Below are positions 1-9,099 of a DNA stretch of 64,000 bases, one piece after another. Below the pieces are notes generated by a model. It ran no database searches, had not been told where the DNA came from, and was given only the letters and a program-made list of their open reading frames with translations. Within the stretch, counting starts at the first letter, position 1; each line of letters opens with the position of its first letter. Location: contig JAYQJM010000005.1 in NCBI GenBank assembly GCA_038142145.1, positions 8,999-72,998 of the forward strand, in the 5' to 3' direction. Origin of the DNA: Candidatus Actinomarina sp. Lineage in GTDB: Bacteria > Actinomycetota > Acidimicrobiia > Actinomarinales > Actinomarinaceae. The translations under genes were made by a program, and so were the position numbers.

Positions 1-2
1 TT

Positions 3-362
3 TGCAGTACTTAAAATTTCTAAAGTACCACCAGATAAAACAATTGGCATCCCACCACCACCAATTTCAGTTGGAAGAGAAATTGATGCCCAGCCAGCTT
101 CTGCAAATTTTTGATAAGCTTCTACAAATTCCTTTGGCATAGATACAACTCCATCACTGATGGTTGCACCTTGTTGATCTCCTAGTGCATTAATAGGAGC
201 TAATACTTCTTCAGCAAATTTTCCACACTCTTCCATTGTTGGAATAACAATGTCTTCTGAGAAATCACTGAACGCTGAAATTTTTGAGATTATGTCATAT
301 GACTCAATGACCTCATATCCAAAAACGATGTCTTTGACTGGAGCTTTAAAATCTACTGCCAT
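3..362 (-). CDS. Acyl-CoA dehydrogenase, N-terminal part (runs off the window start)
   Basis: Translated by hand from ATG at 362: MAVDFKAPVKDIVFGYEV...KFAEEVLAPINALGDQQG...FVEAYQKFAEAGWASISLPTEIGGGGMP, a typical acyl-CoA dehydrogenase N-terminus. Not in the ORF track. Confidence 0.88.
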   Translation of the reverse strand, partial: MAVDFKAPVKDIVFGYEVIESYDIISKISAFSDFSEDIVIPTMEECGKFAEEVLAPINALGDQQGATISDGVVSMPKEFVEAYQKFAEAGWASISLPTEIGGGGMPIVLSGGTLEILSTA

Positions 363-400
363 GAATATATATCATATCACTTAATGCTAAATATCAAAAA

Positions 401-1255
401 TTAGCGGGGCTTAACTTCAACTAGCTTTGCAATGTCTTTGATTTTTTCTAAATCAGGAAAATCAGTTGTTCCTGCAACAATAGCTCCTGCAGCACAAGCT
501 TCTTTAATAGTATTGAGTAAATCGTCAGTGCCAAATGCACCTATGTATGCTGCAGTGGTATCTCCAGCTCCATTTGCATTAATCGTTTTAAAATCAGGAG
601 GTACTATTTCAACTGCACCCTCTTGACTAATTAATCTTGCTGGCAAGTTTGAAGATGTAAGTAAAATATTTTTAACTAATCCACTATCAATCAATTCTTC
701 AGTTTTTTGAACTGTAATTTCATCTTTACTTACTACAAGAAAATCAATGACATAATTAATTTCTGTTTCAAACCCTGCCTGAAGAATAAATAGATTTGGA
801 AATTCTGATTTAACTTTTTTTAATTGATCCCCAATAAATTTTATAGAGTAACGATCAATTATTAATGAATCAAAGCTTTCTAAGTTTTGAAAATTACTCC
901 ACTCCAAATTTGAATATCCGGATGAAACTATAGTTCTCTCACCAGTTTCGTCTACCAAAATAGAGCAAGTAGGTGTATTAATATTGCTTCTTAGCACGTT
1001 GCCTGTAAAAATATTATTTGAATCAGCATACTCAAGAACATAATTTCCCAAGCTATCTTCACCAATACTGTTACCTCGAATTTCAGCTTCAAAACCCCAC
1101 TCAACTATTTTTTCAGCACAATTGATTGCGGTACCACCGACCCTTACTTGATAATCTTTGCTTCTAATATCACCACCTGGGTTAGGGATTGAGTCTATGA
1201 AGTAAATTAAATCTGGATTAATGGTGCCAAAGCACAGAATTTTATTTTTAGACAT
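401..1255 (-). CDS. PfkB/ribokinase-family carbohydrate kinase
   Basis: N-terminal GTINPD, GGTAIN, G.IGEDSLG and C-terminal NGAGDT anion-hole motif. Confidence 0.88.
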   Translation of the reverse strand: MSKNKILCFGTINPDLIYFIDSIPNPGGDIRSKDYQVRVGGTAINCAEKIVEWGFEAEIRGNSIGEDSLGNYVLEYADSNNIFTGNVLRSNINTPTCSILVDETGERTIVSSGYSNLEWSNFQNLESFDSLIIDRYSIKFIGDQLKKVKSEFPNLFILQAGFETEINYVIDFLVVSKDEITVQKTEELIDSGLVKNILLTSSNLPARLISQEGAVEIVPPDFKTINANGAGDTTAAYIGAFGTDDLLNTIKEACAAGAIVAGTTDFPDLEKIKDIAKLVEVKPR

Positions 1256-1259
1256 GGTT

Positions 1260-1267
1260 TAATATTA
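1260..1267. promoter_or_regulatory. Palindromic TAATATTA, probable shared bidirectional -10 element for two divergent leaderless genes
   Basis: 18-bp spacer between divergent ATGs (1255 and 1274); TAATAT reads on both strands, 6 and 8 nt before the respective ATG. Confidence 0.5.
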
Positions 1268-1273
1268 GTCATT

Positions 1274-1837
1274 ATGGAAAATCCACTAGCACAATCTCGA
1301 TTACTAATTATTTTGACGATTGTTTACAACATTGTTGAAGGAATAATTGCGTTATATTTTGGATTTCAAACCAACAGTACTTCACTTTTAGGATTTGGAT
1401 TTGATAGCACTATTGAAATTACCGCCTCCATTGTTGCATTATGGGGAATTAGTGGTGCAAAGAAAAATGAAAAAATTTCAGAAAGGCTAATTGCATACTC
1501 TTTTCTTTTATTGATTTTATTTATAGTTACAAAGTCAATGTTTGACTTAATAAACTTAAATAAACCAGAAGCAAGTATTTATGGAATTCTAATTGCTATC
1601 TTGTCAATATTAGTTGAAGGTCCCCTTGCCTATAAAAAATTAAAAATAGGTAAAGAGCTTAAAAATAATGTATTGATTGCAGAAGCAAAAGAAACTTTAT
1701 TTTGTTTAAATTTATCAATATTAGTAATTCTTGGTGTTGGAGTTAATTATCTATTTGGAATTTGGTATTTTGACCCAATAGCTGCTTTGTTAATGATTCC
1801 GTGGCTTTTTTACGAGTTTAAAAACCACATAAACTAA
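1274..1837 (+). CDS. Cation efflux (CDF-like) metal transporter, short form without cytoplasmic domain
   Basis: About 6 TM helices; YNIVEG, SLLGFGFDS.IE and W.FDPIAAL motifs. Confidence 0.8.
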   Translation: MENPLAQSRLLIILTIVYNIVEGIIALYFGFQTNSTSLLGFGFDSTIEITASIVALWGISGAKKNEKISERLIAYSFLLLILFIVTKSMFDLINLNKPEASIYGILIAILSILVEGPLAYKKLKIGKELKNNVLIAEAKETLFCLNLSILVILGVGVNYLFGIWYFDPIAALLMIPWLFYEFKNHIN

Positions 1838-3801
1838 ACAAGACCACTAATAATTGCTCCCAATGCTAGAACTACTATGTAGCTAATTAATCCACCAAAA
1901 ATTGCCCCGAGCTTTAATCCTCTAGAAATCTTGCTTGGCCCAGCTAAATGGTAAATTAGAACTCCTAAAAATGGAACCAAATATACAATTGCTAACCAAA
2001 CATATTTCATAGACCCCTGAGTTTTTTCATTTACATCAATGTCTTTGATAGCTAAGGCTGCCCATGCAGCATATAGAACAAATGGCATTAAGTATCCATA
2101 AAGCTGGAATAGTAATTGCCATATAGTTGGACTTGAAATTGGTACACCACTCATAATTATCTCCTTATCTGCTTTGTAGTATGTATCTAAATTTTCGTCT
2201 AAAAGTTGGTATGGAAGTTCAATACTCTCTAGGTCAGGGACATAAAATAAATTAACAGCTGGTGACGGTTGATTTATATTCTCAAAAGGCATGTTGATTT
2301 GCTCTTTTGGCCAAGGATATTCTTTATATCTATTCTTATCTAGTTCTGAAGTTTGTGCATCAGCAAAAAAACCTGCAAGAAGCATCAAACCTGATGGATC
2401 TCCTTGTAATGGAAATCTAGCAAAAAGACTAGATGAGTTAATGTCTGAACATTTATGAACTTGTTCTAGGAGAGGTGGGGTACTAGTTTGATACACGTTA
2501 CCTTCAAAACAATTTCCTGGACCCCAAGGTCCTGCAAGTGCAAGATCTGTATACCCTGAGTCAAGTACAACATTATCTTTTATTTGTACGTGTTGTGAGA
2601 AATATAGGTTTGCATCCAACATTGGGCTTGCAACAATTCCATATCTATCATGATTAACAACTATATTTTTTTCAATTATGTCACCAACTCTTCCTGGCGC
2701 AACTATTCCCATACCTTTTGCAACAAGACCAAATCTATTTGTAGGTGCTTCATAATTATTATTATCAATAACAAGATTGCCAATTATTGTAGTTTCTCTT
2801 CCTGGAGGATTAAGTTCTGAATCTAGAGTATTTGGAACAATTCCTGACATATTATCTCTCCATATATTGTTATAAAGATAAAGATTACCACCAGCATTTG
2901 TGCCTGAATAGCCGAGAGCGTTTCCCTCAATTACATTGTCATATATGAGTGAGTTACAGGGGTAACACTGACCTATGTAAATTCCACTATCTGGATGTCC
3001 TGAAGCGTAAATATTGTCAAAAATACCATCTGTAGAGTTAAAAGCATAAACTCCATAATCACCATTGTTATAGACTGTTAAATAAGAACCCTTGAAGCCT
3101 TTTGAGGTGTTCCAATAAACTCCATTTAGTGAAAAATTTCTTACAGATAAGTTTTCAACCGAAACTCCATCTGTGTCGTATATTTGAATTCCGTTCTCTC
3201 TCATGAATTCGCCATCAATAATTACTTTATTTCTATCTACACCACGTATAGTGAGGTAAGAAGTTGTTACAGTAACACTTTCGTTATAAACTCCGTTTTC
3301 AATAAGAATTAAATCACCTTCGATTGCTGCATCAACTGCATCTTGAATTTTTGTAAATTGCTCATTTTTACCTACTCGTAAAACGTCTTCGCTTAATTCA
3401 ACAATAATCTTCTCTTCTGGAGCAGAATATTCAACATCTCCTACGATTACTGTTCCGACCATTCCTTTGTTATTTGTGCCGTGGTATGGGCAATAATATT
3501 CATAAACACCTGGTTCGTTAAAAGTATGTTCATACTGATCTCCCTTAGTGATAATTCCATATTCAAAGTAGTCAGAAGATATAGCTTGCCAAGTTCCATC
3601 ACTAGCAATTACGTTATGATTATTTGCACCTCCTGATTCCCAAATTACGGTGGTACCAGGTTCTACTCTTATGACTTTTGGAGAGAATTCATCATCTACA
3701 ACCTTAACAATTTGAGGGTCAAGACTAGTAGCCTCTTGAGAGCCACATGCAACTATAAAAATCATTAGAAGAAAAATTGAATAGTAACGAATTTTTTCCA
3801 T
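1834..3801 (-). CDS. Lipoprotein with plastocyanin/azurin-type cupredoxin domain, right-handed beta-helix and C-terminal membrane anchor (PLDc_N-like)
   Basis: Lipobox IVAC; type-1 Cu ligands HNV...YYCPYHG...GM; IQDAVDAA..GD followed by parallel beta-helix repeats (NNGDYGVY, DSGIYIG, GNALGYSG); three C-terminal TMs incl. WLAIVYLVPFLGVLIY. Confidence 0.8.
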   Translation of the reverse strand: MEKIRYYSIFLLMIFIVACGSQEATSLDPQIVKVVDDEFSPKVIRVEPGTTVIWESGGANNHNVIASDGTWQAISSDYFEYGIITKGDQYEHTFNEPGVYEYYCPYHGTNNKGMVGTVIVGDVEYSAPEEKIIVELSEDVLRVGKNEQFTKIQDAVDAAIEGDLILIENGVYNESVTVTTSYLTIRGVDRNKVIIDGEFMRENGIQIYDTDGVSVENLSVRNFSLNGVYWNTSKGFKGSYLTVYNNGDYGVYAFNSTDGIFDNIYASGHPDSGIYIGQCYPCNSLIYDNVIEGNALGYSGTNAGGNLYLYNNIWRDNMSGIVPNTLDSELNPPGRETTIIGNLVIDNNNYEAPTNRFGLVAKGMGIVAPGRVGDIIEKNIVVNHDRYGIVASPMLDANLYFSQHVQIKDNVVLDSGYTDLALAGPWGPGNCFEGNVYQTSTPPLLEQVHKCSDINSSSLFARFPLQGDPSGLMLLAGFFADAQTSELDKNRYKEYPWPKEQINMPFENINQPSPAVNLFYVPDLESIELPYQLLDENLDTYYKADKEIIMSGVPISSPTIWQLLFQLYGYLMPFVLYAAWAALAIKDIDVNEKTQGSMKYVWLAIVYLVPFLGVLIYHLAGPSKISRGLKLGAIFGGLISYIVVLALGAIISGLV

Positions 3802-3862
3802 AACAAATTTTACCTTTCAGATGTTAGCCCGTCCATTTTGTAGATTCTATTATTATGTATTT

Positions 3863-4093
3863 ATGGACAATGAAAGATATCCAACTCAAAAAAAACAATG
3901 GGTTTGTCCTAAGTGTGATAGTTCTGCTTTCACAGAAGATATAGTCACAATGACAGGCAAATCATTTTCAAGATTTATGAATATTCAGAATCGTAAATTT
4001 TCTGCAATAACATGTAATGAATGTTCATTTACAGAGTTTTACAAAGGTAAATCTAAAGGTTGGGAAAGCGTAATTGACTTTTTAGGTAATTAA
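3863..4093 (+). CDS. Small zinc-ribbon protein (DUF2082-like)
   Basis: CPKC...CNECSFTEFY; start moved from 3821 to ATG 3863, which lies 6 nt after a TATTAT -10 box. Confidence 0.8.
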   Translation: MDNERYPTQKKQWVCPKCDSSAFTEDIVTMTGKSFSRFMNIQNRKFSAITCNECSFTEFYKGKSKGWESVIDFLGN

Positions 4094-4938
4094 GCTTGTA
4101 TCCAGTCTTCTGGATTATCATCAACAAAAAAATCAGAGACTAATGTAGCTTCTGGATCTATTGCATATTGATCAAAGTCAGTAACACCTTCTTCTTCAAG
4201 AACATCTTGATCAAGAAAGAAATTTCCTGTACATTCTTTTGAGTCTCTTTTTAGAACCGCATATGCAGCATCTGCGTATATAGATGGTTTTCTGGAACCT
4301 TTTATCAACTCAGCACCAATAACATTTCTTACAGCTGCGGTATCTAAAGATGTTCTTGGCCACAAACAGTTAGATGCAATACCATATTTACCTAGTTCTT
4401 CAGCTAAACCATGTGCTACAAGAGACATGCCATACTTTGCAGTTGTATATGCAAGAGTGATTCCAAACCATTTCCTCGCTATGTCAATAGGTGGAGATAA
4501 GGTTAATATGTGTGGGTTTTTTCCATTTTTAAGATAAGGGATGCATTTTTGACTAAACATAAATGTGCCTCTCACATTTATGTTGTGCATAAGATCATAT
4601 CTCTTCATAGGAGTATTCTCTGTATCAGTTAAATGTATAGCACTAGCGTTATTAATGCAGATATCAATACCACCAAACTCGTTTGCTGCTTGGTCTACAG
4701 CATTCTGGACTTGATCTTCAAATCTAATATCACAAACAATAGGTAACGCTTTGCCTCCTACAGCTTCAATTTCTTCAGCAGCTGAATAAATAGTTCCAGG
4801 TAATGTAGGATGTGGTTCAGTTGTTTTTGCAAGAATAGCAATATTTGCGCCATCTTTTCCAAGCGCTTTAGCTATTTCTAAACCAACACCTCTTGAGCCA
4901 CCACTTATAATTACTGTTCTATCTTTAAAATTTGTCAT
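4090..4938 (-). CDS. SDR-family NAD(P)-dependent oxidoreductase, HSDL2/citronellol dehydrogenase-like
   Basis: SGGSRGVG, AKTTEPHPTLPGTI, NNASAI and YTTAK motifs. Confidence 0.9.
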   Translation of the reverse strand: MTNFKDRTVIISGGSRGVGLEIAKALGKDGANIAILAKTTEPHPTLPGTIYSAAEEIEAVGGKALPIVCDIRFEDQVQNAVDQAANEFGGIDICINNASAIHLTDTENTPMKRYDLMHNINVRGTFMFSQKCIPYLKNGKNPHILTLSPPIDIARKWFGITLAYTTAKYGMSLVAHGLAEELGKYGIASNCLWPRTSLDTAAVRNVIGAELIKGSRKPSIYADAAYAVLKRDSKECTGNFFLDQDVLEEEGVTDFDQYAIDPEATLVSDFFVDDNPEDWIQA

Positions 4939-4950
4939 TAAGTAATTTTA

Positions 4951-6210
4951 TTAGAATTGTTCAGTTTCTGTAGAGTCTTTTGTCGATAATAAGTTTGAGT
5001 TTTCACCTAATAAAATTTCACCAATTGTTTCATAGTAATTTCCACCAACTTCTTGTTGATGTTTTATTGCGGTGTAGCCTTCCTCACTTAATTTAAAACC
5101 TAATTCTTGTAACTTAACAATTGCACTCATGTCTCCACCTTTAAATTCTTTACCTAGTTGGTACATTGAGCTTGATAATGAATGAAATCCTGCCAAAGAG
5201 ACAAATTGCAATTTATATCCATAAGAAGATAATTTTTGTTGAAAGGTTTTAATTTCTTCATCTGTAAATTTATCAACCCAATTGAAAGAAGGAGAGCAGT
5301 TATAGGCTAATATTTTTTGAGGATATTTTGATTTTATTTCATCAGCGAATTCTTTTGCAAACCCTAAGTCGGGATTATTGGTTTCACACCAAATTACGTC
5401 TGCAATTTCTGCATAAGCTAAAGATTTTGTTATCGCTAACTCTTGATTGTTTTCGATTAAATAGTAACCATCTTCAGTACGTTTATTCGAAATAAATGGT
5501 TTGTCTCTTTCGTCAAAATCAGAAGTTATTAATTTAGCAGTTAAAGCATCCGTCCTAGCAATTATTACTAAAGGAACTCCAGCTACGTCTGCACTCAATC
5601 TTGAAGCAGCTAGTTTTTTAAGATATTCTCCTGTAGGAATTACAACCTTTCCACCCATGTGCCCACATTTTTTTTCTGCAGCTAGTTGATCTTCAAAATG
5701 AATTCCTGCTAATCCTGAAGCGATAAATTGTTGAGTTAGATTGTAAACATTATAAATTCCTCCAAACCCTGACTCAGCATCTGCAACAACCGGCGGTAGG
5801 TAGGAAACACTTTTCTCTGCCATGATTCTTAATAGAGTGTTATTAATTTTTTGGACAAAATCTGGCCCACTGTTTGACGGGTATAAAGACAGGTCAGGAT
5901 AGGTGTTTACACCATTATTACTTTCAGCTGCAACTTGCCATCCGCTGACATAAATCATTTCATAATTTAAGTTGTATAGCTGAGCTGCTTGTTGAGCAGT
6001 AGCTACACCTAAACTTGATACCCATTGGTCATCTCTGTTTAATAGATCCCAAAGATTTTTTGAACCAAATTCAGAAAGTGTATAGGAAATTTGTATTGGA
6101 GGCCTTAGTTTGCTGATGTCTTCTGAGCTGTAAGTTCTTTTAACATCACCCCATCTGTTGTCGGAAAGAAAATCTTGAATATTTTTTAAAGAATTGAACT
6201 CAAGATTCAT
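4951..6210 (-). CDS. aceA: Isocitrate lyase
   Basis: Catalytic KKCGHMGGK, YVSGWQVA, YPDLSLYP, AYNCSPSFNW, HQQEVG, C-terminal STETEQF. Confidence 0.96.
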   Translation of the reverse strand: MNLEFNSLKNIQDFLSDNRWGDVKRTYSSEDISKLRPPIQISYTLSEFGSKNLWDLLNRDDQWVSSLGVATAQQAAQLYNLNYEMIYVSGWQVAAESNNGVNTYPDLSLYPSNSGPDFVQKINNTLLRIMAEKSVSYLPPVVADAESGFGGIYNVYNLTQQFIASGLAGIHFEDQLAAEKKCGHMGGKVVIPTGEYLKKLAASRLSADVAGVPLVIIARTDALTAKLITSDFDERDKPFISNKRTEDGYYLIENNQELAITKSLAYAEIADVIWCETNNPDLGFAKEFADEIKSKYPQKILAYNCSPSFNWVDKFTDEEIKTFQQKLSSYGYKLQFVSLAGFHSLSSSMYQLGKEFKGGDMSAIVKLQELGFKLSEEGYTAIKHQQEVGGNYYETIGEILLGENSNLLSTKDSTETEQF

Positions 6211-6213
6211 GTG

Positions 6214-7338
6214 CTAATGTTGGCTAGCAGCAATACTAGCAATGATTATTATAAGAACTAGTACACCTGCACTTGCAATCAAAACTTCAGTTCTTGTAAT
6301 TTTAATTTTAGGTGCTGAGCTCATGACGCTAGCAAAAATTAAAATTGCTGAAGAAATAATTAGTGCAAATAATGGCGCGTATTCATGAAAATTTAAAAAC
6401 ACTTGTGCAATAGCAAAGGCGATTATTCCACCGACGATTATCGACACAACTGGTATGAGTATAGATCCAACAACTCTCTCTCTAATTTTTTTTGTTTCAC
6501 TCATTTCAAACTCTTCAAGACCTTTAGGTATACCAAGTAGCATTGATAACATTGAAACCAAACTTTGAGTTACAGCAGATAAAATGACTATTCTCCAGAA
6601 AGCTCCTCCAACAGAAATTAAGTTAATAACTGGATCATCAGGTAATATACCTTCAATTGTCTGTCCAACGCTGTTGATTACATAAAATGACGCTATAGAT
6701 CCAAAAATAAGTCCTAATCCTAAACCTGTAAAAATAGATTCTCTATCTGAAGTGTGAATACCATATCCCTCAAAATTAGATTCAAGAAACTTTTTAATAT
6801 TTAAAGAATTAATTATTGAAAATAAAGAAGTGGTTGCTGTAATGATGAATAGGAATGAAATTGTATTGTATTCAGAGATTAATTTTTGAGTCTCTGCCTC
6901 AAGAATCAATCCATCATATAGGTAAGAACTTGCTAAAAGGCCTTGAACAAGGCCACTTAATATTCCAAAACTTAAACCATACTTTAATGATTTAAATATT
7001 TTTTCATACATAGGCACTGGTGGGGCAACGTCTTCTTGAATTGTTTGTGTCACTACTGTTGTAACTTCAGTCTCAACTTCTGGTGCATCTTCTATAATTT
7101 CTTCTTCTTGAGAAGTTGTTTGTACAGAATTTTCTTCTTGAGGAGTACTTTCAGCTGCCGGAGCTTCTTGTGTTTGAACAGGAGCTTCGCTAGGTGTTAC
7201 ACTCTCTCCTCCAGCCCATGAACTTAATATCTCTTCGGTAGAGTTGCCAGATGCTTGAGCTCTTGCTTCTGCTGACCTTTGAACTAGATCAACGGGAGCA
7301 TTTAACAATTCAGCTACTTTATTTGCTAAATCACTCAC
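6214..7338 (-). CDS. Hypothetical multi-pass membrane protein with small helical N-domain and acidic linker
   Basis: Long ORF with GTG start and GGAG SD; N-terminal LVQRSAEARA...EILSSWAGG, E/P/T-rich linker, about 7 TM segments. Confidence 0.75.
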   Translation of the reverse strand: MSDLANKVAELLNAPVDLVQRSAEARAQASGNSTEEILSSWAGGESVTPSEAPVQTQEAPAAESTPQEENSVQTTSQEEEIIEDAPEVETEVTTVVTQTIQEDVAPPVPMYEKIFKSLKYGLSFGILSGLVQGLLASSYLYDGLILEAETQKLISEYNTISFLFIITATTSLFSIINSLNIKKFLESNFEGYGIHTSDRESIFTGLGLGLIFGSIASFYVINSVGQTIEGILPDDPVINLISVGGAFWRIVILSAVTQSLVSMLSMLLGIPKGLEEFEMSETKKIRERVVGSILIPVVSIIVGGIIAFAIAQVFLNFHEYAPLFALIISSAILIFASVMSSAPKIKITRTEVLIASAGVLVLIIIIASIAASQH

Positions 7339-7420
7339 TAGTTGTTATCTCCATACGTTTTCCAGATTTTATGTTTAGATTTTTGTACAAGTACTTTAAA
7401 CATAGTAAATCCATATAATT

Positions 7421-8200
7421 CTAGTCACTTGTACTGTTTCTAACTACATCGTCAAATGTTTTTTCTTCTTGATACCATCTCATCCAAATTACCAATATAG
7501 TAATCCATAAAATGATTCCACCACCTAATTTAAGTATTAAACCAGCTAGGGTTTGGTCATCAATAATTGAAATGCTAAAGATATTGTTATCCATTACATA
7601 GGCTGAGTAGAGAGGTTCTGTACCAAATGCTAAAAAACTTGCAGGTATTGTTGGTAATAAAGATTGTAAAAATAAATAAGCAATTCTTACTGGAGATGAC
7701 ATTGCTTTAATTTCATCATTAAACCCAATGACAGGTATCCACATATTCAAAGCAACTAAAAGCATTGCTGCATGCAGTAAAAAGTGTACAAGTGTATTTG
7801 TTACCATTAAATTTACAATATTTGTCCAATGCATCCCAACCATCACGAGATTAAATAAGAAAAATGCGACAACAGGTTTGGTTGTAATTTTTAGTAATTT
7901 AATTAAAGGTTCAATAGATACAAGCTTTTTCATGTCTTTGTGCATTCCAAGAAGCAAAAGTGGAGGTGAAACAAGTGCTAGAACAAGGTGTTCTGAAGAA
8001 TGAACTGAAAAAAGATATTTTTCACCAATATCATGGATTGGATAATCAGTAAATAACCATAAAAAACCGACACCTGAATACCACACTTTTCTTTTTTCTT
8101 GTTTAATAGTCTTATTGTTTGTTGAATATTCAAAAAATATTATAAGAGAAAATATAAGTGCCCAAACATCATAATGAGGGTGAAAGGGGAGATTCTGCAT
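7421..8200 (-). CDS. ctaG: caa3-type cytochrome c oxidase assembly factor (Caa3_CtaG family)
   Basis: YLFSVH..EH...PPLLLLG, HW, DDQTLAGLILK; directly downstream of the oxidase subunits. Confidence 0.85.
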   Translation of the reverse strand: MQNLPFHPHYDVWALIFSLIIFFEYSTNNKTIKQEKRKVWYSGVGFLWLFTDYPIHDIGEKYLFSVHSSEHLVLALVSPPLLLLGMHKDMKKLVSIEPLIKLLKITTKPVVAFFLFNLVMVGMHWTNIVNLMVTNTLVHFLLHAAMLLVALNMWIPVIGFNDEIKAMSSPVRIAYLFLQSLLPTIPASFLAFGTEPLYSAYVMDNNIFSISIIDDQTLAGLILKLGGGIILWITILVIWMRWYQEEKTFDDVVRNSTSD

Positions 8201-8213
8201 TTGTTTTTAATTC

Positions 8214-8513
8214 CTAAAAATAATTTGCTGCTGCACGTTCAAACATCACGATTGCAAATAATATTAAGGCAAGAATCATTCCACCTACAAAAAATCTATT
8301 AACAGTTTTGTTTTCGTATCTAAGATGCATGAACCACCCAACAACAATTACAAACTTTCCTATGGCAAGAATTATTAATAAAGGATCTGCCAAAGCACCA
8401 ACAATATCTTCTGTGTAATATAAAGCAATTTCAATTGCTGTAAGGATGCCAAGAACGATTGCTATTTGGACATATTTCTTTGGCGTTGGATGTTCTACGT
8501 GTGCTTCAGACAT
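8214..8513 (-). CDS. ctaF: Cytochrome c oxidase subunit IV
   Basis: Three TMs, KF..VVGWFMHLRYE motif, operon position. Confidence 0.85.
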   Translation of the reverse strand: MSEAHVEHPTPKKYVQIAIVLGILTAIEIALYYTEDIVGALADPLLIILAIGKFVIVVGWFMHLRYENKTVNRFFVGGMILALILFAIVMFERAAANYF

Positions 8514-8514
8514 A

Positions 8515-9099
8515 TCAAATCAAATAAACTACCGTAAATAATACAATCCAGACAATATCAACAAAGTGCCAATATAGTGCAACGAACTCAAGATTCATAC
8601 CACTGTCTAGTGTTAGACCATTTTGTCTTTGTCCAATTCCCCAAAGGGCAAGCAATAAAACGACACCTATAAAAACATGTAGCCCATGAAAGCCTGTTAA
8701 AACATAAAAACTTGAACTAAAAATATTTGTTCCTAATTCGAATCCTTTATGGTAGAACTCTGTAAATTCATAGATCTGACCGGCAAGAAAAACTGCACCT
8801 AACATAGCTGTGGCTAAGAGCCAGACTCTTGTTTTTTCTTGATCATTTGCTTCTAAGGCATTGTGTGCAAGAACCATTGTTAATGAGCTCATTAAAAGAA
8901 TAAAAGAGCTGATAGAAGTGAAAGGAATATCATAAACATCTGTTAATTTGATTCCTGGAAAGCTTCTACCTTTGAAAATCATAAATGTTGTTATAAGGGT
9001 TCCAAAGAAGAGAATTTCAGTGGATAAAAACACCCACATTCCTAGTTTTCTAGTTTCTACTCCAGTTTCTTCATGAGGATATGCGTGAGAATTACTCAT
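8515..9099 (-). CDS. ctaE: Cytochrome c oxidase subunit III
   Basis: GMWVFLSTE, TGFHGLHV, YWHFVDIVW. Confidence 0.95.
   Translation of the reverse strand: MSNSHAYPHEETGVETRKLGMWVFLSTEILFFGTLITTFMIFKGRSFPGIKLTDVYDIPFTSISSFILLMSSLTMVLAHNALEANDQEKTRVWLLATAMLGAVFLAGQIYEFTEFYHKGFELGTNIFSSSFYVLTGFHGLHVFIGVVLLLALWGIGQRQNGLTLDSGMNLEFVALYWHFVDIVWIVLFTVVYLI

Noticed and set aside
3821-3862. N-terminal extension of the Zn-ribbon ORF as given in the track
   Set aside because: It covers the divergent promoter region; ATG 3863 fits the leaderless pattern and the expected family size.
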